64,000 nt of DNA from Botryllus schlosseri (Eukaryota). The notes below the pieces were generated by a model, which was not told the origin of the DNA, did no database searches, and worked only from the letters and a program-made list of their open reading frames with translations. The stretch lies in assembly GCA_051294905.1 (NCBI GenBank), contig CM119372.1, positions 7,628,001-7,692,000 on the forward strand. The letters run 5' to 3'. Made by a program: the position numbers and the translations under genes. Of this stretch, positions 38,201-50,200 are shown in pieces. Within the stretch, counting starts at the first letter, position 1. The number at the start of each line of letters is the position of its first letter.

Positions 38201-41200
38201 GTGTAAACGGAGCCACGCCAACCCGCGACCTAAATTATATTCACCGATACTTTCGTGAAATCATACTGGTCCCTCCGTATCCACTGCGCGAAGCTTTACT
38301 CAACTTTTGTAAAAATTAAATGTTGATACTCCGTGAAAACAGCCCCGAAATTTCTCAGGCTATCTTCCGGATTGGAAGATTGAACTACTTCTACTTGACA
38401 AACTGAAAATAGCGAAAAGTAAGCAAGTAGATCACAAAATATTACGAAATAGAGGTAGCGAAAATCAGATCTACTTGAGTAAGTACCAGAAGTAGAGGAA
38501 AACTACTCGAGTACTTTGAAAAAGTAGAAGTACTTCGTTACTGACCACCTCTGAGGCCTACACCCTTTTCGGTTTAATTGGGTGAAATAACGTACCCGTC
38601 ATTCCAGTGAACTTGAAGGTGTTTGCTTTTCGTAAGCTCCATCACGCCGTTAAACCACTGCCAAAATGTGAAGTTCCTCTTTGGTAGCGTTTCCCTGTTG
38701 AACTGCGCCCACGAAATGTTCTTCTCGGAATTTGGCATTACGGGTTGTTCTGCGGTACACAACGAGTAATTTCCCTTGGATCATCGCAAGACTTGGAATA
38801 GCGCAACGCGAGTATGAGCCACATAGTGAAAAGGATTCAAAATAGCCTTCATTCCTTTTCTATATATCGACTTGAGAGTATAATGCACAGTGGAAATTGA
38901 ATATTGAAGTTCTGTACCTCCAAGTTGGAAATTGAAAATTAAATAGGAAATGCAGTGTAGTAGTGTACCGCAGACAACGTCACGCTTGTCCTTAAGATAT
39001 TGTAAACATGACAGCAGAGGTGTCAACATTCAAATCGAAATACACGCAGGTTCTATTGGTTAAATACTAGTCAGAACTTGAGATTACCAGACCGCAATCT
39101 GATATATTGATGTCGCTTTTCGTTTTGTCTTTATGTTATATTCTAGTACTTTTCATTCAATGTGGAATGTGCATGCCTCCGCTTTACTGCGTCTATGCCA
39201 GGGTGGATGTCTGATTAAAAGACTTCTCCGACTTCTTTCGCCACCTTCCTATCTTTTCACTGTATAGCAATCTTGTGGTGTATTGATTGGATAAAATTAA
39301 TAACAAACTGAAGTGAAGGTGGTCAGTGACCAAGTACTTCTACTTTCTCGGAGTACGCAAGCAAGTTTTGCCTAGTTGACTCGTTTTTGGATTTTGTGAG
39401 GTAGAAAGTATTTTTGGACTATGTTTACATCTCTTTATGAGTGAAATTGTCATATGAACTTGGCAAAACAGCACTGTGTCGCAGTAACTACACATATTTT
39501 CGAAAATTGCGGCTCACGGCTTCTATCTCTAATTGAGTACCAGAGCTGACTACTGCAATCCCCTCTGCATGACTGCGTCATACACTACATATCTAAAATG
39601 TTGACCCGCATTTTGCCATGCTTCCATAGAGCGAGATACTCACTAAAAATTTTGTAGGCAAGATACTGTTTCGCTTGTGAAGTCAGTCCCCGGTCACTTC
39701 TGGTTTCGTGCTTCCATTTATGGTCGAGGGCCTCGATCAATTTCGCCCACGGTACTTTGTCCGGCACTTGAAACGGTATCCGCCCCTGACACAAAAGCGA
39801 CAGTGATTATGGAGACCAACCCGCTATCGCAACATTCTCAAAGCGCCAAAGTACACTGAAAGCCATCAAAAAAGTGCGTCATCTTTCCTTACAGATAGTA
39901 TCATAATAACGGATAACCTCTGTCGCCCGTGGTGCTATTTGGATGAAGTACAAAGAAAGAGAATCACTCTGACCAAAATTACAATACATTAAGGTGGACG
40001 ACTCAAGAATAACCTTGCAAAGTCTATCATTACATTGTCATTTGTGGCAAGTTGATCGTGACAGGGACAAAATACAAAATTACAGTGACCAACTCGTAAG
40101 ATATACTAAATCACTAGCGATATCGCGGCGTCAAGCTCGACGTCATACTAATGCGTAGTTTTCAACAACCCAAATACATTATCGTGATTGAGCATGCGGA
40201 CTTGAAACAAAATTACAAGGACGGCTCACACATTGAATTAGTTAACGCTCCTCAATTCCACCTGAACGTAAGTGAAATTCATAATTGACTGGTTCAGATT
40301 CGCAAAGGCTATAATTACACCATTTCAATGTCATGCAAGTAATCATAATTTTCTTCAGATTTGCCACGAGTTAACGCCACAAAATTACCCGTAACGATCG
40401 ACAAACATTTAAAATTGAGTTAGCAACCCCCGGCTATCAGTGAGAGGCTGCAAATTATAGCGTGTTTCCGTTTCCATGCCGGTACCTCGTTGGCAAAAGC
40501 ATTATCCCACAAGATGGTCGCTTTGGCATTGCATTCCTGGCTGACATTAACAATCGCAACAATGGGCAACGATATGGCCATAGGCTGAATGCAAAGAGAA
40601 ATAGCCGTTAGCACGATCTCGATGTGTTTACCTGTTCGGCAAATGCGTTGTCCCACAGTATACTGGCGGCTGCGTTCGCTTCTTGATTACCATGGACAAT
40701 CACGACCACAGGAAGAGATAAAGTCTGGTAGAAACACACGACAAAAACCTTTAGTTACGTAGGTGAAATGATGTCAGACAGAGTCCTTGGAATTGTTTAA
40801 TAAACAAAATTGGCATTACATTTTCGGCAGTCACAAGACCACACTTGAGCCTGGCTTCAGGCAAAATCGCTACCACTTTCGGTAGTAATCCGTAATTCCA
40901 ATAACAGCGTAGCTTGATTAACCATTCAACCGAGAATAGATCGAGCATTAATGTCTCGCCGCCTTGTCGTTCAATTACAATAGGGTACGTAGTTTCCTCA
41001 AGATATTACACTCGTGTTATATTGCTTCCTGCGAGCCATGAAAATATGGCAACTTCCTGCCTCAAAATGAACGCGCACGCGCCAGATCAAGCCTCTTACA
41101 AATCCGTATTTAATTAGGTACTATAAGCTAATCTGTATCGTGTAGGATTGAACAGTGTCTTCAACAACATGTAACTATGGACGAATGGTACCAACTCTAT

Positions 41201-44200
41201 CATCAAAGTAAAATGGTAGGATCAAGTTGTGATGTCATTCCTCGAGCACTTGAGAAGCCACTCGATATCAGGACGTTCTACAACAATGATTCTGTTATCA
41301 ACTGGTATCATTTAAGATGACATAATCAAACGGTCCTACTTGAAATTCACTCGGAAATTCAGAAATAAACGTAGGCCGATCGAGGCGCATTGTCAAAGAA
41401 TTGTTATTTACTATGACTCCTGACATTTGAAGTCTACGCATTCTACGCACGCACAATTGCAGATAACTAATGAGGTATCAAATCCATCCCGTCCAAGTCT
41501 TGACAAGGAAAAGGAAACAATCAGTATCTTGCGCATCAAACATATTGTTGATGGGACGCTACCAGTAGACTCGGTAAATGTATCTACTACAAGTGGTGTT
41601 CAATTCTACAATGCACAATCTCAAAACAAAACATTAACACCGGATTCCGTTATATCCGGTTGAAATTTAGATATAAAACGCGGTGGCAGCTAAAAATAAC
41701 AGTTGCATCCACCGGTTTGTCTTGGACAGGGCCTTACAAAATGATTAATACTGAGCGATTTGCGCAAATATTACCCAACAAACGTTTCAATTATCAACGC
41801 CCGAATGAGATGCACCGTTAAAAATAACACCAAGATAAACTTAATACGAATATCTTAATTTAGTTCGAAAAATTCCAGATACATAGTTTCCACATTCATT
41901 CATCCTTGGTTTCGTTCCGAAATTTAATATTACTAAATCCGCCACAGAGAAGCATGCTGTTATCAAACGTGAATATCTATAAATAACGCACATCATCATA
42001 AGGTACATCACAATGGCCCCACGGTGGAAATACATAATTTATTATTCCAAGGAATACCAATGGGAGCAGTTGGATGAGACTATCACACAATAGTAGACCG
42101 CTTTGGGAAAACAGTAGGCATTTACTGTAAAAGCGCCAACGTATGTCTACACTTGGACATCTGTTCTCGGCAAAACACAAATAAGCAGTAGTAATAACCT
42201 AAATAAACACCCCAGTGCGAAGATTCTGCTATTTCCTGTTTTGTAGAAGAGAAAATGATGAGACATTACGAATACTGAACAAATATAACTATAAACTATG
42301 CCCAGCGTGTTATGTTATTTGTGTGTAGGATTGTTATAAGTGTAGTTTCCATGAACTACCTGCATCATTGACTTGTTAATCATAGAGAAGCGCAGGAAAC
42401 TAATGTGACATTACGAATACCCAAAAATAGAACTACAAACTATGCATAGTCAGCCGAGTTACTTGTGTGCAGCATTGTTACAAGAATCGTTTTTCGTACT
42501 ACCTACCGATGTACAATAGCCAGAAACTATGTATCACAATGCATCACGACACGATTACCGACAATAGGAGAGCGCACCGAAACTTGTTCCCTTCATCCTT
42601 GGGTGAGGTTAAAGCCAGCGGCATAGTTAATAGATTTCGAGAGAAGAAAAACAATTTTCATGCAAAACCGAGACCCCGCGAGCCGCGATTACCTGCCAAT
42701 GAGCGTCTCATTGACAGCGTAGATCTAACACTGCGGCATTCAACGGGAAGCACACATCCTAAACAATACCGAGAATTCTTTATGGCAGCGTCCAATTACC
42801 GCGCTAAGACGAGGTTAGCATTCGCGTTGTAATTGTGGCACTAATCAAGCTCACCCGAACTTGAAACACCAGTTCGTTACCGCCCACGCTGAACTGCGAT
42901 TGAAACAAGACGGTGAACTTCTCTTCCGTCACCGACTCGGCGCCGCGCTTGTCGGAACGTTTTATCCTCCGCAGAGACTGCAACAGAACACGACGTAACA
43001 CACGCCGAAAGTCATTTCCTGAACATTAGCGCGACATACCATGTTCCTGAAATTGACGCTTAGAACGCCCGACTGGGGATGGTACTCCATCACGCTTTCG
43101 CGGTTCAGAATTTCGCCGCTCATTTCGCTCAGGCTGGAATTGTGAGGATCGGGATGTAAAGCAATGCACGCCATAATGGCTAGGGTTCAAAGTAGCAAGC
43201 CTATCGTAGACTGAAAACAAACATGCATTCATTCACATTTTATAAACAACATGGGGGCCGAAACGGTTCGTAGAGGTCACCGGCCAGCAGAAGAATAGTG
43301 GGTGCATTATGCAGGGTTGCCATTGGTATGGATAAAATACCAAGGCCAGACAAAAGTTCTCAAATGGTTAAATGTGAAATATGTAAACTGATCACAAAAT
43401 TAAAAATAGGTCAACTCCTTGGTTCAGCCAGTCCTAATATTATGCGTTCTCGGCCATTTTGCCGGGCTGATGGTTAAAATAGTTCATACTTTAGTACTTT
43501 TACGACCTCAGTGTCAACAATGAGGACAAATCTTGGAAGTGAGGACAATGTAGTTTTACAAGATATCTTCCTTCGAAATGAGGACGGTATGACATGACAA
43601 CCCTGGTGATAAGTTTGTGTTCTTGCCACGCAAAGCGTTTCTACAATGTCCACTGTTGTAAGATGACAAACTACAACACTTCTCAATATAGCACCATTGT
43701 ACGATTAGTAGTTCACAGCAGATCCTACTGACAAGCAGAAACTACTAAGGGAAAGCCATCGTTTATTTACTGCAGCCAGCACAACATAACCGGACCAATA
43801 GGATTTTGAGAAAGTGACAGGTTATGACCGTGTTACGACTGATATCTATTAGTCTACTCTACTAACACAGAATAGTCAGTGCAGTTGTCTGGCACTGGCG
43901 AAAACAAGAGTTAAGTTTCAGTATCGAAGATACTCGCACTGCTTACATATCGTCAGGTACACGGCTATTTATCATATAGATCAATGGATGGCAACTATGC
44001 GATTCCGACACATCCTTTATACCAAAGTCACAAACCGTCAACTTTATATCATAAATTTAGGAACATCTAACAGGAATAGTATTATGTCTTATAGTAAGAA
44101 TCCTGGTTATTACTCTCGTGGAAATTACCACAAAATCATGTCGGAAAGCGGCGTTTCTTACGAGCATTAGCACACGTATCAATAATTTATTCATAGAACA

Positions 44201-47200
44201 ATTAATAATGGGAAATGGTGCCGTGCAACATGAATCTTCGACGCATTCTAGCAATTGGAACGCAATTGCTGAATTGATGGCTACAGACCAAGGATCGCAA
44301 TATAATATCCAGTTCCATCAAAGAACACACAGAGGCATAGCAACCTTTGCAATAGCAGACTTGGCATTACTTCGGTATTCAAAATGCAGAAAAATACATA
44401 TTTGCTGAAGTCTACAAAGCCAATACCAACGTACAGCGACTTCTACTGTCCTAGGGGTGCTGATTTTAAAATAATGATGTAAATGCACAGAATGCTCCAC
44501 TAAAGAAAAACACTGACAGCCAAGGTCATAACAGCATAATAAGCCGCAGAGTGGTATACAGACAAATTAGAACGAGTTGACCTGCACCATTTAATAGAAA
44601 ACAGCTCATAAAGTACTATTCCTGTGGTACCGACATGATTGCACAGCAGGGGTGTGCATGCGTAGATTGTATGACATCGAGAACAGATGCCTATCTAATA
44701 ACCAGCCCAGTGGTTCTCAACCCTTTTGCCCTCATGGACCGTGATCCTTCAACAATCAAAATGAATCCCAATTTTCATTACGACCGATGCACGATACTCA
44801 AATGTATATTGTGATTTGTGAACTTCAGTTCTGTGCCCCCTTTTGCTAGCTCTTATTACACGACCTCCAACTTGATCGTGATTGTCCGGTAAAAGAAATG
44901 CGATGCATCTCGCTATAGAACTCCATCGTAGTGCTAGTGTCGTTTAATTGCACTGTCGGAATTTAACGAAGTTTGTTCAGAAGTCTCCGCAGTTTCCACA
45001 TATAAATTGTTCGAAAAGAGTCGTAGCCTACATTGAAACAGTTGCACCATTGTTACATACGCCCAAACTAGACTATAAACCCTCTAGTACGACATAACGT
45101 AGAAAATACATTGGCAGCTTATCAATCAATTTATAATTTGATGTTTCATTCCACTAATTAATGAAAAAGCGTCAGTCTTTTCGCATTTTGGAACTGAGAT
45201 ATAAAATTCTAGTACAGTTAGTCGACGGATAGGAAACTTGACACGGGCTGGCTGTTGAGAACCACTGAACCAACCTGTTTTTGAGCCAATTGCTAACTGA
45301 GCCTTTTTAAATATCAAGATCGTAAAGTCGTAGTAACGTTCCACCATTACAAATGAACTTCAAGAAGTACAAGACATCAGTGCAAGTCGCAGAGTCAGAT
45401 AATTGCGCAGGTGTATCATTTAGCATAAGAATGCGAACAACCCCGTTCCACAGTATAATAAGACTACACCGGCATGTTGAAAGCAGCAAATCCAGAGTTA
45501 ATTAAAAGCAACCAACCTCCTGCTTTCATTTTTTAATAATGCTTTGGCTTGCGCCTCGCTGATGATGCTGGCTTTTACCGTAGGCGGATTCATATGTATA
45601 TTGAGTTTGCCTCCCACCAGTAACCTGATGGTAGCTCCGAAACGTGTCTGCGTCTTCAGAACTTGCGGCGGCTGCTTCTCGATTATAAAAGTGCTAAACA
45701 AACACACGCAATCAATGACCTAATTCAATCCGCATTATGTTAACACGTCGTCGCGGCCTAGGGTACTTACACCGATTTGGCCTACTTCAAACCAATAAGA
45801 TACATGAAAATACGCCAGAAAATGACACCAGGAAATAGCCATGAAACAATCGACAGAATTTAGAGAGGCAAATGCATTCCTTACATAAGACAGACTATAA
45901 GCGATCAGCCGCATCACACTTGTTGGGATTTAGACATCGACGGTCGTCCATCCTTGACGGAAAATATCAAACAGTGACATCGACTGCAATTGGTAGTGGT
46001 AGCTTATATATTTTTCTTTGCTGATGGAATCATGGGTCATTGTATTGTGCCAACAACTTTAGTTGAGATAATTGGTAAAATGGTGCTAACTGTAGCACCA
46101 TAACTAATACCACTACCCAAAACAAAAACAGAAGATTATGGCAACGGCGGTGTCAACAGTTCACAAAACAATGCTGTTGACAAGCCAGCAACGGTACCAA
46201 CACATAGGCAGCTGAATGATACTTTTACGACGGATTGGTCCATTTCTACCCCAAAGCCGAGAATCGCTACCGAGATAAAACTACACAAGATCTCGACAAA
46301 ATTCACAGCACATGCCGTTATAAAAGCGATTATACATTAACCATCCAATTATTCGGATATTTCACCTCCACCCCACCTTCCACAGTAGACCTTCGAGAAT
46401 CGCCAATTTCAACTTTACACACTACTAATCATCTCTTAAGTATAGCTCACAGGGCAGATTTCAATTTCGACCAGGGAGTACCCTCACACATATTTATACA
46501 AAGGTCATGGAATCATTTAGTATCACTGAGCTACGATCAATCAGTATTCCATGATCGACAATAAAGGGGCACTGCACTATAAAAGCGATGTGGTCTCAAA
46601 TTGAAGGGTAAAACGAAAAAAAATATTTTGCCACAGCCATTTTCTTGAGAACACCACCGTCCAGCAGTCACACAGAGATCAAACTTTATAGTTGTTAGCC
46701 GAAGTTGTGAAGGAAATATGTCGTGCACGCCAAGGTGGTTTAGATACCGCGTTTAACGGAAGATGTTCAGTCAGGAGATTTATGTCAAAATCAGGCCTAG
46801 TGTATTCTATTTCTTTACGACAGAAATAGATCATGTCCTATTGTTATGTATAAAACACTGTTAGACATGATTTATTTCTGTCTTGAAGAAATAGAATACA
46901 CTATGCCCAATTTTGACATAGATCTCCTGATTGAACATCTTCCTTTGAATGCGGTATCTAAACCCCCTTGGCGCGCACCACATATTTCCTTCATAACATC
47001 GGCTAACAACTATATAACGTTTGATCTCTTCGTGACTGCTGGAGCGTGAAGTTTTTGTGGAAATTTCAATAAGTTACAGCTCGTTACGGTGGCGTTTTTT
47101 CCGTTTTGCCCTTCAATTTGAGACCAGGTCATTCTTAGAGTGCAGTGCCCCTTCAAGACACGGCCAAAAGAAAAGCTATCAGAACACCAGACTGGTCGTG

Positions 47201-50200
47201 TATGTCATGGAATTTTTAGCTGAGAATCCGAAGGGGACGAAAAAAATAATGACTGAACGTTCAAGTATATGGCTATGACGTTATCGCGCAGATCACCGGT
47301 ACCAATGTAATATTTCAGCAAGGCAGACACTATGACGCGCCTACATAGATTACGTCAAGGGCAACAGCACCATTCGAATAAAACCATCCGCACCTCGTGA
47401 CTAGAGTGGACAATAAAGCCGTGATAGTGGAATTCAATTCCGGAAGTAGATCCCGACCCGGATTGTTGATCGGTAGCTGTTGCCGTTGCAGTTCGACCTT
47501 CTTAATTTGCTGACGGTTCTGCCAGATGATTTCGGCTAGTCTTTCACACCTGCAAAACCAACAACGTCCTGTCGACGGCATATTTTGTACTCGCTCGCTG
47601 GCTTTCACACCCGACCGATCATCTCAAAATCGCAGTGAATTATACGTCACACTGGCGACATGATCAATGTCGTGGAACGTGCCAAAACAAGCTTGATACA
47701 CACACAACCTGTTACAGCCAGCGAGCTATACTCAATTTAATCATAGCTTGTCAAATTGTTTGAGCCAAGTCTACTCTACAAATCTACATAACGTTCATAT
47801 TATGCAGAGAGTTGACACATAACAGGCAAACCAAGTACGATTATTGAAGACAGCACTATGTAAACAGTCTTTGGTACCTACTAAAATAACTGAAAACAAA
47901 CAAAAGCATACACAACATCTCCTACGTAACGCCATACCATTGTTGCAGCTGATCAAGATTGTTTTCGTGCTGGACGCCATTGTAGGCGAGCGCCTGGGCC
48001 CGTTTCCACTGGATTAGTTCCTCCTCTAAAATTTGACTCTGAAGTTGCGACAGCAAAGAGAACGTTTCCTGATGCTTATCGGCAACACCCTGAATAAACA
48101 AGGGAATAAAACCACGTGAAACCACAGACGGAACAAGTCATGTATAATTTGTGGCTCGACCAGATAAGAAAAAACAAAGTATAACCCACGAAATGCAGTA
48201 TCCGTTCATCATTAGCTCGAGACTTGACATCAGCCAAAACGAAGACACAGCGGACCAATATTTAACCAACATACCTTCACTAAATTCAGATTAACCATAA
48301 CCATCAACTTAGTTGACCCTGCATGTTTCCACCACAGGAATTAGCACTTTCGACAACACAGAAGACATCACCACGCGCTCTACGCTCTATTTTCGATCGT
48401 AAAGAGACCACCTCGCCTAATCCAAGGCCACAGAATAACTCGGTAAACATACCATTCTCAGCTGAAGAAGTTTCTGCGCTTCCAACCTCAAGAGCGAGTC
48501 CACGTCGTGTTGTTTTCGGATTAGTTTCTGTTCCGCTTGGATTCTGTCTGGGTCGCTGGGGAGGAGCTGTTGCACCTGCTGCAAATGCGCTGCAAACAAA
48601 AAAACGCTGCTGTAGGGAGTTGTTATCAGATTCGAAACCATAGCTTGTCAACGACAATGGCCTCAAGGTGTATTTTTGACAGGAGTATTTAATGCAGCAG
48701 CCTGCACGTGCTGATTTTGCAATCAGTAGAATAGTGGGGATTACATACCTGAACTGGGATATTATTATGAAAGACAAGTACAAAATCAAAATCTGTACGG
48801 TAGTTCTAAATCAAACTGTGCTGTGCAATTCCACCGAAATCCTATTGGACCATATTACTAAAACCATATCACAGAATTCGAATCAGTACTTATCAAACTG
48901 TAGCGTGTAATTCGACAAAAAACATATTTGACCATATTACAAAATCCGAATCTGCAGTTGTCAATAAACTGTGCTGTGCAATTCGGCCAAAAACAAACCA
49001 ACAACACTATTCAAGCGACATTGGAAGCAGCAAAATGCATATAGATCAATTCATGTTTCTGCCTCTTATCCATTAGCCTCAAAATGACACGGCAGCACAT
49101 AGGCTACTAACAAAAGTTCCAGTTTATTGAAAATGAGAACAGACAGGATAGAAGGACATATGCTTCTACTTAACTATCATATTACAGAAGAAATCTAGGT
49201 AGTTATATTTATATACTAAATTATATAATATTGCATACGTGGGCCTGGTTGATTTAGTCTCCAAATAAAGGAGTTTGTATACATCTAAACTCCATGTTGC
49301 AATATTTAAAGTTGTGCAAGTCCAAATGAAAACTTAACTTTGAGTTCCTATCATCAAAATCCAGCTCTTTCAGCAAACTGACATGAACAAACGGGAAAAA
49401 AACATGTCTTATACATTTTTCAGATCAGATCATTTCAATGTGGTGACAACGACCTTCAGTAGTATATTCATTTCAAATTCAAGACTACATCACACATGTT
49501 AAAGAACACTATGCATGCAACACTCCTGCAACACACCCAGATGAAAAATCTGCACGCATCTAGTTCTTCAAAATTCCATAATACTAAACACTAAACAATA
49601 ATTAATCTCAGCTTCGCAAACAAAGTTCGGTATTTGCCCACCCGATTACCACGGATATCCAGGAGAAAATACCATCTCAACTCAAACACGTCATGTTGTC
49701 AAACAGAACTGGCAAATCAGAGAATAGTGGACTTCATGGAACCCATCGCAGGCAACAATCTTACCTCACTGGCAAAATACCGCAAGTTCAATTGAACATT
49801 ATCTCAATAACAATATCAACATCAGCAGAACATTAATACGCCATTAAAATTTTCTTCAAGAACCACTTTTTGCCAGAAACTGATTACAATTACAAACAGT
49901 GAGTCAGACATGTTGATAGCAATCGGCCTTGCCACAAAATCATATCAACGAGATCGTAGTTGCGGCAAGGTAAAAAACTTTGAATTTTAGAATGATTATA
50001 CCCAGCTTTGGTGCAGCTGGACAATATTGGCATATTGCTTTATCAAAATTCTTCAACTCAATATTTTAGGTATATATATTGTATTGAACTCATCAGAGGA
50101 CCTCATAATAACCTCCATGGCAATTATCAGCAATAACTTACTCCGAAATGAAAGTACTTCAAGCGACAAAATGTTAACAGCCCAGACCCCATTTATCAGA

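Noticed and set aside
48304..48789. 161-aa minus ORF and overlapping plus ORFs
   Set aside because: These are off-frame or antisense readings across STAT exon 48589-48453.
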